Assembly: GCF_009914755.1 (NCBI RefSeq)
Contig: NC_060939.1
DNA length: 64,000 nt
Source of the DNA: the human T2T-CHM13v2.0 reference genome, Homo sapiens
Reading direction: 5' to 3' (one strand)
Within the stretch, counting starts at the first letter, position 1, and every line of letters starts with the position of its first letter. The notes below the pieces were generated by a model that saw only the letters and a program-made list of their open reading frames with translations, had not been told where the DNA came from and searched no databases. A program made the translations under genes and the position numbers. Shown one piece after another: positions 1-19,119 of the stretch.

Positions 1-134
1 GTTAGTTTATAGTTTCTGAGAATGTATGATCATTACATTGAAATACAATCTCTCTCATGTATACATTTTTCTATCATCATGTGTGAAGCCAGTGACTATG
101 AAATTTTTCATGATCATTTCTTATTTCCTTTTAG

Positions 135-660
135 ATTTTATGTTTACAATAAAAAGAAACGTCTTGTCAACACACCTTACGTGGATAACTCCTATAAATG
201 GGCTGGTGGTGGATTTCTGTCTACAGTGGGTGACCTTCTGAAATTTGGGAATGCAATGCTTTATGGTTACCAAGTTGGGCTGTTTAAGAACTCAAATGAA
301 AATCTTTTACCTGGATACCTCAAACCAGAAACAATGGTTATGATGTGGACCCCAGTCCCTAACACAGAGATGTCTTGGGATAAAGAGGGTAAATATGCAA
401 TGGCGTGGGGTGTTGTGGAAAAGAAACAAACGTATGGTTCGTGTAGAAAGCAACGGCATTATGCTTCACATACTGGAGGGGCAGTGGGTGCCAGTAGTGT
501 CCTGCTGGTCCTTCCTGAAGAACTGGATACAGAGACTATAAATAACAAGGTTCCCCCAAGAGGAATCATTGTTTCTATCATATGTAACATGCAATCTGTT
601 GGCCTCAATAGCACCGCTTTGAAGATTGCCCTTGAATTTGATAAAGACAGATCAGACTGA
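135..660 (+). CDS. LACTB: LACTB (mitochondrial serine beta-lactamase-like protein), last coding exon
   Basis: Acceptor ttatttccttttAG ends at 134. The frame reads (R)FYVYNKKKRLVNTPYVDNSYKWAGGGFLSTVGDLLKFG...RHYASHTGGAVG...LEFDKDRSD* with TGA at 658-660. It contains the PBP/beta-lactamase third motif HTG (469-477). The first ~37 aa of ORF 22..660 are intronic. Confidence 0.97.
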
Positions 661-742
661 TAACCTTAACACCATAGGTGCAAAATGAGTTGTTCTGAGG
701 TTTTTTTGAAACATTAAAGTTCCAAAACATGACATTTTTAAG

Positions 743-900
743 AATAAATTTGAAATAGAGTATAATTGAATGCAGAGAATTATGTACCTCTAATTGCTTA
801 ATTTTGTAATGGTCTTTTATTGTAGAATTGGTTCTTTATACTCAGGGAAGTAATTATATTGTTTTTACTTTTTGAAAAAAGTGTTAACTCTTGAAATAAA
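743..900 (+). terminator. LACTB: LACTB polyadenylation signals
   Basis: AATAAA at 743-748 and 895-900 (also ATTAAA at 713-718) in an AT-rich 3' UTR after the stop. Confidence 0.75.
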
Positions 901-936
901 ATATTCTGATAAAATATGTACTTTCTGCATGTGTAA

Positions 937-1300
<364 letters not shown>

Positions 1301-2284
1301 CAAATATCCTTTTAATATGAGAGCAGAAACAAAAGCATGAGAAATGGTATATTAGTTATCCACTACAGCTTAAAAGAAACGTTCAGAGAAGGAATCGGGA
1401 AATCAGGAGCAATATAGTCGCGTGGGTCTGGCGCGGTCTCTAATGAGGTTGCAGACAAGGTGTTATGATCATCTGAAGAATTCTCCAGGGCTGGAGGAAA
1501 TGCTTCCACATGGCTTACTTGCATGACTGCTGGCAAGAGTCAGTTCTCTGGCTGGTGGGTGGCAAGGGGACTCAGTTTGTCACCACATGGACCTCTCTGT
1601 AGGGCTGCTTGAGTATCTTATGGTAGTTGGCTTCCCGCAGAGTAAGTGATGAGACAGAGAGTGCCAGGCAGAAGTCACTCTTTTATAAACTAGCCTCAAG
1701 TCACATACCATCACATTTGCCAAATTCCATGGGTTACATGGGGCCTAATAAATGTTGAAGAGATTATATACATTGTGAATATTAGGAGGCAGGAATCACT
1801 GGGTGTCAACTTGGAAGTTGGGTACCACAGTCTGACCTCTGGTCCCCAATGATTTATGTCCTTCCCAATGCAAAATACTCTTACCTCCTTTCAAATCCTC
1901 CAGAAGTTTCACCTTAATATAGCATCAGCTCAAAGCCCAGTATCTTATCATCTAAATCAGGTCAGGTGCAAGTGTGAATGAGGGCTCCTTGGGATGAGTT
2001 CCTTAGGTACAGCAACTCAAGTAGTTTCTCTTAAGACCTGTGAACTGTAGTTATTTGCTCCCCATATGTGTAACATACCGTAGCACAGCAGATATAGGAT
2101 AATTGCTAGATACCGTCCTCTTCAAAAAGTAGGGAAGTGGAAGACATACAGGAGACTGGCAATTCTGAAATTCAGTCAGACAGAGGTTGGCAACTCTGAT
2201 TAGTATTCAAGGCTTCAGAATAATTCTTAGTTCTTGGCTATGTTCTCTGGGCTCTTAGTTCTACCTTACGAGTTATACTTTTTC

Positions 2285-2745
<461 letters not shown>

Positions 2746-3420
2746 GCTTCCCCATACCTTTTTTTCATGAAAGGTAGCGTATCTTTCTAGCTGAGTGGTT
2801 TTCTCAGTGTGCTTTCCACTTGTAGAAGTTTGGAGACCCAAAGGCCTTTTTATACTCTCTTTCCTTTCCATCTAAGTTAACAGTGGTTCTGCCAATATAA
2901 TATTTTATTTCTCTAATTTTTGAATTTTTTTTAGCAACCCTATTAACTGACAATATAATATTTTAAAATGTTAAGAGTATCCTGTGAATTTTATTGGGGT
3001 TTATGCCAGTAGACAAAAGCCACCCCAAAGTCCCTTCAGAATATCCCCTCTCTAACTTGGGGCTTGTCTCTGCCAAGATAATGGGAAGAACTAATTACGC
3101 TAATAATCTAATGAACTCTATTGTTTAAATAGTTCTCTGAAGCACCATGTTGATTCATTTTGAAGTCTTGAGAAAGGATTGTATAGTCATGCCCTCAATA
3201 TCATCTTTAGACTATGTTTTCCTGGAAGTGCCCTCAATTATTATCTTTGCCTTGAAGCCATTTCTTAATTTTGGCATCATTTGCAATCTGAAGAGTCTGG
3301 GAATTTTTTAAACCATCAGTTATTAATTCTTTACCAATAGTTCTTCCATTAGCTTATCTTTCTCTTGCATGTTAGTATAAGCAACAAGAATTAAGGAAGC
3401 ACATTCAACACTGTGTATGG

Positions 3421-3628
3421 CTCTCTGCTCCTTCTCTTGCCCTGTGACATCCGGGCTCCCCCTTCTCTTTCCGCCATGGTTGTAAGCTTCCTGAGGCCCT
3501 CACCAGAAGCACATGCCAGCACCATGCTTCCTGTCCAGCCTGCAGAACCGTGAGCCAAATAAACCTCTTTTTATAAATTACCCAGCCTCAAAACAAAAAA
3601 ACAAAAAACAAAAAACAAAAAAAAAAAA
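3421..3628 (+). mobile_element. MST (MSTB-like) LTR 3' fragment ending in a poly(A) tail
   Basis: MST-like text gtaagcttcctgaggccctcaccagaagc...gtgagccaaataaacctcttt...acccagcctc, then an (A5C)n/A tail and a flanking duplication. Confidence 0.8.
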
Positions 3629-3934
3629 CACTGCATATGGAAATCCCATCAGCTAGTCACCCAATTCATTAGGCACATTTTCTGTTTTCTGAGTTACTCC
3701 TGGCGACAGTGTTGCTAAATTTTCTGTCAGTACTAAACAAGAATCCCTTCCTCTAATTGCCAATAAGATTTCTCTTACTTTCCTTAAGACTACACCTGCA
3801 GCCTCTTCAAAGGCCATACTTCTCAACAATTTCTTCAAGGCTCTTCAGGTTTTCATTAACACTTTCCTTAAAGTCCTTCCAACTTCCATCCGCTGCTCTG
3901 TTCCAAATACATACACACATACACACACACACGT

Positions 3935-4229
3935 AATTTAGATATAATTCACAGTCCATATGCCATAAAATTCTTTAACGTGTACAATTCAGTGGTTTTT
4001 AGTATAGTCACGAGATTATGTACCCATTACCACTATCCAATTCATTTTCACCCCAAGAAGAAACCTCATACCCATTAGCATTTGCTCCCCATTCCTCTGT
4101 CCTTCCAGCCCCTGGTAACCAGCAATCTACTTTCTATCTCTTTGGATTTGCCTGTTACGGATGTTTCATATAAATGGAATCACACCATATCTGGCCTTCT
4201 GTGTCTTGAGCTTTTTCCTGTAGTATAAT
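3935..4229 (-). mobile_element. L1M (L1MB-like) 3' end fragment
   Basis: tgtacaattcagtggtttttagtata...aaacctcatacccattagca...ggtaaccagcaatctactttctatctc is typical antisense L1MB 3' UTR. Confidence 0.75.
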
Positions 4230-5169
4230 GTGTATTAGTTATCTATTACTGCATAACAAATTACCCCAAAGCTTATTGTCTCACAGTTTGTGTTTCAGAA
4301 ATTTGGGGGCAGCTTTGCTGGGTGTTTCTAGCTCAGGGTCTCATGAGTTTGTAGACAAGATGTCAGCAGGGGCTTCAGGCATCTGAGGGAAGGCTTGACT
4401 GGAGCTGGATAATCTGATTCCAAAATGATTCACCCACGTGGCCATGGGCAAGAGGTCTTTGTGGCTTGCTGGCTTTGGGCAAGAGTTTTCAGTTTCTCAC
4501 CACATGGCCCTCTCCATAGGTCTGCTTGTCTGTGCTATGGCTTCCCTTTAGAGCAGGCGATTGAAGAAACAGGGAAACACCTCAATGTCTTTTATAAATC
4601 AGCCTTGGAAGCCATATGCCATCACTTATGCCAAATTCTGTTGGTTACAGAAACCAACCCTGATTTGGTGTGGGAGAGGACTGTAGAAAGGAGTGGATAC
4701 CAGAAGGTTGGGATCATTGGGAGCCATTTTGGAGGCTGCAGTGTTAACGTATTGGGGAATTTTGTTCTAACAGCCACAGATCATGTGTACTAGAGATTAC
4801 CAGTGTGCCACTGAACTCAGGAAAATTCAAAAAGAAATCAAAGTTTTTATACACCCTAATAAAGGAAGGGCTTTTCTATAATTCTGAGCCCTAAATCTGT
4901 TTCTTCCCTTAACACTTTATACAAGTAAATAGATGGATATCTCTGAGTTGGTTGAAGTAGAAAGAGAGCAGCTCTCTAAAACAGATCCATTTCATCTCCT
5001 TATTTCTTTCTGACTTCTGATCTCTAGGTCCTGTATTCATGTTTGTCAAGTTTTCAATCCGTGCCCTTAGATAAACATAAAAATGTCATGCCTTTCTTTA
5101 ATGTTATTTTAACATTAAATGTTTAATGTTTCTTTAATGTTAGTGTTTTATGTTATTTGGAATTTATTT

Positions 5170-5332
5170 ATTTTTTAGAAACAGAATCTTGCTCTGGCAC
5201 CCAGGCTAGAGTGCAGTGACATGATCGTAACTCACTGTAACCTGGGCTCAAGTGATCCGCCCACCTTGGCCTTCCAAAGTGCTGGGATTACAGGCATGAA
5301 CCACCATGCCTGGGCCCCCATTTGGAATTTTC

Positions 5333-5363
<31 letters not shown>

Positions 5364-5632
5364 TAGGGTCTCACTCTGTCACCCAGGCTGGAATGCAGTG
5401 GTACAATCATGGTTCACTGCAGCCTTGACCTTCCAGCCTCAGGTGATCTTCCCACCTCAGCTTCCTGAGTAGCTAGAAATGCAGGTGCACTCCACTATGC
5501 CTGGATAATTTTTTGTAGAGTAGGGGTTTCACAATATTGTCCAGGCTGATCTTGAACTCCTGGACTCAAGCAATCCTCCTGCCTCAGCCTCTCAAAGTGC
5601 TGGGATTACAGGCATGAGCTACCGTGCCCGAC
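5170..5632 (-). mobile_element. Two old AluJ-like elements in tandem (partial plus full)
   Basis: Antisense Alu motifs with high divergence. Confidence 0.85.
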
Positions 5633-5639
5633 CACCAAT

Positions 5640-6135
5640 TCTTTGATGGCCACGATTTCCTCTCATTCCATTGTGCATGCAACTTTGCAATGTGATTTTG
5701 CTGCTTTTTCCATCCAAAGGTGGAGCTCTTTCTCCACTCTCTTGAATCTGGTCTTGCTTTATGATTTGCTTTTTGACCCACTGAATGTGGTGGAAATAAT
5801 GTTGCACAAGTCCCACTGCATAGGCTTTAAGTGGCTTTCAAGTTTTTGTCTGCCACCTTCTAAGAACACTACCCCAAGATTGCCATGTAAAGAAGCCAGA
5901 CTAGCTTACTGAAGGATGGGGGACCATGTGGAGGGGAACAGAGATGCCCCAGCTGACAGCTAGCACCAGCTGCCAGACCTATGATTTGAGCCTCCAGGTG
6001 AAGGTGGCTGTGTAAGTGAACCTAGATGAGACCAACAGAGTAAGCAGCCAACTCATATAATCATGAGAAATAGTAATAAGTCAACATTTTAAGCTATTAG
6101 ATTTGGGGGTGACTTGTTTTGTAGCAAAAGTTAAC
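5640..6135 (+). mobile_element. MLT1-family LTR
   Basis: gatggccac...tttgcaatgtgattttgctg...gaagccagactagc...ccagctgacagc...ttttaagctattagatttgggg...gtagcaa has MaLR LTR character. Confidence 0.6.
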
Positions 6136-6261
6136 ATATCTATGCTCCAGTGTGGTGGTAAGGTGGGTAAATCACTTTAGGGAAAAAATGGAACATTAAA
6201 GTACTTGATGTTGAATAGACATGACTGCTTTCCACTTAAAAAAAAAAACCACACAAACTAT

Positions 6262-7072
<811 letters not shown>

Positions 7073-7700
7073 GGCATCTCTAAAAATTTACCAATCCAAT
7101 AAAAGTCATATTTAATGGCATGCAATTTTATTGATGCAGTCTTCAGTTTAAAAGTTTGTCACATAAAAATGAATAAAAATAAATATGTTGGTATTTTAAT
7201 TAGTTGGCTACAAATAAAGAAAAAACACAACTTCAAATTAATACAAAGACAAGATAAAGAACATAGAGTCATAATCTTACACAACCCCTCTGTTCTAAAT
7301 ACATAGCATGATATATAAAATGTGTAATGAGAAAATTAAAAAGACTTTCATAGACACAAAACACTGAGCAGGGCTGAAGCTGAGGGTCTGCCGGGCTCTG
7401 GTTCAAAAGGCTGTGGCAGCTCCAATTTCTGTTCCTATAGAATAACTGAAACTAACACTGCTTCCCTAAGATTTAAAATGAAAGCTTATTAACTAAATTA
7501 GGACTATTCTGCCTAAATTCTTTGAAAGGTGAAGTTTTGCTAGGTGTGAAAGTGAGAGTAGCCCTAGTAGTGTAGGGGGAAAGCGAGCCAGAATCGGTAG
7601 GACACAAATCAGCAGAGAAAATTTGCAATTCTGGCATCTCCTTTGAAACAAAATTCAAAGGCTATTTAAGTGTCGATCAATAGCAAACACCATGACCTGA

Positions 7701-8875
<1,175 letters not shown>

Positions 8876-8879
8876 TGAA

Positions 8880-9310
8880 AACACTCTAAGTATCTATCAA
8901 CTGATGAATGGATAAACATTGTATATTATTACACAGAATATTGTCAAAAAAAGGAATGAAATATTGATACATGCAACAGCATGGACAGCCCTTGAAAACA
9001 TTATGCTAAGTGAAACATACAGAAGCTACATACCATGTGATTCCATTTATACGAAATAGCATTATATGAAATATTGAGAAGAAGCAAATCCATGGAGACA
9101 AAAGTAGCTTAGTGGCTGCCAATGGCTGAGAGGAGGGAAGAATAGGGAGTGAATGCTGATAGGTATGAAGTTTCTTTCTAAGGTGATGAAAATGGTCTGG
9201 GATTAGACAGTAGTAATGGTTGCACAACCTTGTAAATATAGTAAAAACTACTGACTTTTACATCACAGAAGTTTGGATTTTATAGTATCTGAATCATATC
9301 TCCAGAAAAA
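8880..9310 (+). mobile_element. L1MB-like 3' end
   Basis: tcaactgatgaatggataaac...aaggaatgaaatattgatacatgcaac...gatgaaaatggtctggga...ggttgcacaaccttgtaaatata. Confidence 0.8.
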
Positions 9311-9313
9311 TAA

Positions 9314-11575
<2,262 letters not shown>

Positions 11576-12264
11576 TTCCTTATACAACTATATACACCCC
11601 AAACTTGCCATCATTCTTTAGTTCTTGTGCAACAGTTCTCTGATTTAAGCAGTATGTAAGAGGATCAGTTGCTCACATTAGAGGCCTACCTGTTGATAGG
11701 AAATGCCTGTTTTAAATACCTGCCACAAGGTAACAAATCAAATAGAAGCAGAGTAGAAACTGGACTATCTTCCTAGTCCAATGAGGAGTTGTATAGTGAG
11801 TGGATACACTCCCCGTCTCAGCTCCCCAGGATTACTTCATAAACTATGAAAATGACAATGAGGCAGGCACCAGAACCACTCAACACACATCTGTAGTCAG
11901 GAGTGCTCACCTATCTGGGCCAGAGAATTCAACACCATCTACTATCCCCAACCAGGACTTCTGCGGGTAAATCATGCCACTTCAGATTTCTCCTCAAATT
12001 TTCTACCCTAAAAAGGAGCTTCCAATAAATAACTCACACCCCAGCTAGCAGTTACTGTCCTAAATTATATAGTAGTATAGCAAGGCCACATAAATCCAAG
12101 GCATTACACTGTGATCAATATGTATTTTTTTGAAACTATTCTTTTTAATTATAGTTTAAGTTCTGGGGTACACGTGCAGGACGTGCAAAATATGTACTTC
12201 TTTAAGATGTTTCCACAGGTACAACAGCAGAACTACATTTAGAATTCACAAATAATAGACTTTA

Positions 12265-12531
<267 letters not shown>

Positions 12532-12652
12532 CTAATCAGAATAAATTTTAAAATGTTTAAACCAAATTCATATACACCATATATATAAATGTATGGCATA
12601 CTCAAATATATTTTAAAAAAAGAAAAAGAGGGGATTTGCCCATAATCAAAAC

Positions 12653-12658
12653 TTTATT
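12653..12658 (-). terminator. RPS27L: RPS27L proximal polyadenylation signal
   Basis: tttatt on + (AATAAA on -), ~155 nt after the stop, followed on - by a U/C-rich tract. Confidence 0.8.
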
Positions 12659-12813
12659 GAAAAACTGACACCAAAATAGGAGATTACTGCTGTATACCTT
12701 ACAAAACCAAATGTAATTACATTATCTTGGTAAATTAATTAGAATTATGGAATTTATGATAAGGCTTTCTGTGAGACAACACAAAATTAAAATTCAGGAA
12801 GCTGTTTGAATCA

Positions 12814-12842
12814 TTAGTGTTGCTTTCTTCTAAATGAACACC
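12814..12842 (-). CDS. RPS27L: RPS27L exon 4 (coding part): (G)CSFRRKQH*
   Basis: Minus strand reads TTTTGCAG|GGTGTTCATTTAGAAGAAAGCAACACTAA, the eS27 C-terminus. Confidence 0.96.
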
Positions 12843-13788
12843 CTGCAAAAGAATCATGAGAGTATATTAAACAAGTGCATTCTACCTTTGCTATAATTTT
12901 AATGACAAAAAGTACTTTTAAGTAAAATACTGAAGTTTTAAGAATATTGGATTAATACTCATATACAGATTATTTATCCTTTTATACCAGAAATTTGCTA
13001 TAATACATCTATCATATCTGAGTTTACTCTGGTATGACTATAAGTGTCACTCCTGTTTCTCAAATGCTATAATGAAGTCTACTTAAGACCATGAGCCTGA
13101 ATTCAACAGTGAAGACTGTTTCAAGCAAGCTGTCAGAAGATATACTCTTAATTTTTAGGAACTATTCTGAATACTTTTCTCAAGTAAATAATTTTGATTA
13201 GAGGTATTTTCAGACCTATTAGGAAAACTCTAGAACAGATAGACCCATTAAACCATCTGTCAGCATATGGGCACTAAATTCCAAAATCATGACATGACAT
13301 ACTTTGTTTCAAAAATCTCCCAAGTATACTTAGCAATATTACTTAGCAATATTACTCTTAAAAAAATCATGTGCTGACTCCATATTTAGATCTCACCAGG
13401 TCACACCAAATAGATCTCAGATTTGCTGCCAATCCACTTGAACTCTTCCAGTGAGAGCATGGAACTTACAGCTCCCCAAAATATCACAAGCAAATTTATA
13501 ACATCATTATGGAATCACAAATTTACAAGTATTACTATGGAAACTATATATATAATTTTTTTTTCTTATTGCACTAAAGTGAAAGAGGAATTAAAATTAG
13601 GTTTTTATATTAATCATTGCAGTTGCTCATAAAAGTAAAATCTCTGGCATTTTAACTTATATATTAGCTATCTGTTGCTTAGCTGGCAATGATAAAAAAA
13701 AACTATTATATGTACTAAATATATATGGAACAAAATTTTGTAAAAGAAATTTTAAAATTCTATATGGTTTTAAAAATCTGTATGTCCT

Positions 13789-14112
<324 letters not shown>

Positions 14113-14336
14113 CTATAACATGTAGTTATTCTTTTGCTTCTATTCTGACTTAATTTATTCCAAGTTAAGCAAACTAAGTGAATAAATGTGTTCTAAACTA
14201 AGAAAAATAAGTCAATGGAGTTCACTGCAAGGTCAAGAGTATAAATATATCCATTTGAACAGGCCATTCTTTACTGAAAGCACACAATGAAAGATAAGTT
14301 ATTTTGGTAATCATTAAGATTTCTTTAAACTTTTCA

Positions 14337-14534
<198 letters not shown>

Positions 14535-14606
14535 TTAAAAATGAAAAGCAGAGGAAAACAGCACCTGTTCGACATTTCTGGTAATATGTAAAAAAATCAG
14601 TAACTT

Positions 14607-14895
14607 CAGTGCTATGAAACAGCAAGCCACATGTGTAACATAAACTTTTCTAGCAGCGACACAAAATTTTTTAAAAACAGGTAAAATCAATAATATATTT
14701 CATTAAACTTAATATTTCCAAAATATCATTTCAACATGTAATCAATGTATTTTTTTTCTGTGCTACATCGTCAAAATCCAGTGAGTATTTTACAATTAAA
14801 GAACATCTCTATTTTGAGTATCCACATTTTGATTATCCACAAGTGCTCAGTAGCCACATTCAGCTAATGGCCATTGTATTGGGCAGCACAGCTTT
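14607..14895. mobile_element. MER33/MER3-like hAT-Charlie DNA transposon in RPS27L intron 2
   Basis: gcaagccacatgtgtaa...ttccaaaatatcatttcaacatgtaatcaa...aagtgctcagtagccacat...gtattgggcagcacag. Confidence 0.7.
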
Positions 14896-15185
14896 AGACT
14901 GAAGAATCAACAGACTTTTCTTTGTATCATGAAACAGAAAACTCATCGTCTGAAGAGCTTAAAGACTTGCTAAGTCAAATGGCATATCTCCTTTGAATGC
15001 CTGTTTTCACTTACCCCGAAATGTTTCTACAATGGTTTCAGTACATTTATTATGAAAATGTCCCTGACATTTCCAATTCTGTAATCCCACTTCTACTCAA
15101 CAGAGGGTTCTAATGTATCTTAACTATACACACCACACTAGCAATCCCTACAGAAATTTTCTTTAGTAAAGGAATTAAGATTTCA

Positions 15186-15356
<171 letters not shown>

Positions 15357-16015
15357 TTAACCATACGTGAAATATACATGCAAAAACAGGAATAACGGTC
15401 ATCCTCGGCAGAAGCAACACGTCAGATAGTAAAGTTATTTTTCGAAACCTGTTAATAACTTTCATCAGTACTTTTCATAATACTTGTGTTCTCCAAGTCC
15501 CTAGAAAAGGGCTTTCGCACGATCAGGAAACATATGGTAAGGCAAACTTTGTCCTTCTTTACTCAACTGCGTAATGAACTGTCTTCGATGAAAACTGCGC
15601 GAAGTCGAGGTGCTAAGCAAAGAAAGTGACCCCGACTGTGGACTCGCTTAGAGTAGAAACTGCTGAAGTAGACCAGACAACGTCAGCGCCTGGGTGATTT
15701 TTGCTCCTGTGGCTCAACAGCTGATCTGACAGGAATTCTTGCTGAGCGACCGTCCTTGACGGAATTAATATATAAGGCAACAACGAGGACAGTTTTTAAA
15801 AAAGGAAAACAAGTAGGAAATCGCTTCCGAAAGAAGGCAGAGGGGGCGAGAAACACCAATCACTGGGAAAGCCAAAAGACCCAAAGATCACAACCTCAGG
15901 GGCATCCTCAAAGACCAAGACCGCTCATAAGCTACACAGAGAACTGTTCCCCTCCCAGCCACCGCCTCTGAATTGCAGCCCACGCCCCTGCAGGGCCAGC
16001 CGCGCCGCGGTGACC

Positions 16016-16035
16016 GGGCAAGTCACTACATGCCC
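16016..16035. promoter_or_regulatory. p53 response element in RPS27L intron 1
   Basis: GGGCAAGTCA-CTACATGCCC is two RRRCWWGYYY half-sites (9/10 and 8/10) with no spacer. RPS27L is an established direct p53 target through an intron-1 element. Confidence 0.9.
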
Positions 16036-16180
16036 GCCACGCGCGAAGACGCTGCGCAACCTGAGCCGCCTCGCCACTCTCGGACACTACAGGCCCGAGA
16101 GGCAGCCGGACTCATCCGTCCCATCTGACTCTCGGTAAAGAAGCCCAAAACAAACCCGGAGCCCGATGTAAACAACTCAC

Positions 16181-16186
16181 AGGCAT
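16181..16186 (-). CDS. RPS27L: RPS27L exon 1 (coding part): Met-Pro
   Basis: Minus strand reads ...GGATCAAC ATG CCT|GTGAGT; a canonical donor in phase with exon 2. Confidence 0.95.
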
Positions 16187-16915
16187 GTTGATCCTCTTGC
16201 AAGCTCAGCCCTACCAGACCTCCCAGCCCACACAGCTAGCAAGCTGCAAGCGATCTGCGCTGGGCATCAACTTCCGGGATAGAAGCTGCTGGGAGGAGCG
16301 GCGGGGCGGGCTTGTCTGCTCTAGGCCCTCCTCTCGGTGGTAGGGGGACGCCGCAGCAGGGTACTCGGGTCCAGGGCGCAGGGAAGACCCGGGGATGGTG
16401 AGCGTTCCAGGGTGCCAAGTCCCGTGGGTCTAACGGGCTTGTTGGCGAGCGCCGCGGGCTCTGCAGTGCCTGAGGCCAGAATCTGGCTGGGGAGCGGCCT
16501 CGGGCTTAGGCCATGGCGAGGGAGCGCCCGCGGCCACCGGGGCCGGCGCCACCCCGGAACCCGGCGGGCCGCTCAGCCCCCGGCCCCCTGGCCCGGCCGC
16601 TCTCGGTTAGCTCTGGGGGTGGGCACACGGGGCAATGCCACTATTCTCTTCTTTTGTGTATTAAAAAATACAGTATTATTAACCATTAATACGTGCCAGA
16701 GAGATTATGAAAGAGGCTCGTATCCTTTTGGCTTCCCTTTTCAAGGCGCAGATTTCGAAGTTTTCTGCGGGGTATGGCTGTGCCTTAGGTTTGCTTTGTT
16801 CTGAAAAAAAGTTTTTAAAACAGCACGGATTCGCTGCTGTGCCTCATTCACTAAGAGGCCCCACCCCTTCCGAGGATTACTCGTCCTTTGCAGAGTGGAC
16901 AACTAGGGGGCCTGA

Positions 16916-18185
<1,270 letters not shown>

Positions 18186-18359
18186 TAATGGGCATATAGC
18201 ATTTGTCCTGTGACTATATATATTTTCACTTCAGCCATACACTAAATTGGGCATTAGGTTTGGGTTTTTAAATATTTGATACTTAAAAATTAATAAAAAT
18301 TGGTGAATATTAAATATTTAATGTATATAAGTATATAGAATAATACAATTGTATACACA

Positions 18360-19110
<751 letters not shown>

Positions 19111-19119
19111 AACAATAGA

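Larger units (their letters stand above)
15950..16640. promoter_or_regulatory. RPS27L: CpG island and promoter of RPS27L
   Basis: GC/CpG-rich; ETS motif acttccgg at 16270-16277; GC box ggggcggg at 16303-16310. TSS inferred at about 16250-16290 on the minus strand. Confidence 0.88.

Noticed and set aside
22-134. N-terminal 37 aa of ORF 22..660
   Set aside because: It lies upstream of a clear splice acceptor at 134 and is intronic read-through, not part of LACTB.
4425-4793. 122-aa ORF
   Set aside because: It lies within the MLT1-type LTR and shows no coding features.
13327-13356. 13-bp tandem duplication tacttagcaatat in RPS27L intron 3
   Set aside because: An ordinary micro-duplication with no sign of function.
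16236-16804. ORFs across the RPS27L CpG island (155 aa +, 60 aa -)
   Set aside because: Stop-poor GC-rich sequence with non-ATG starts and Arg/Gly/Pro-rich low-complexity translations.
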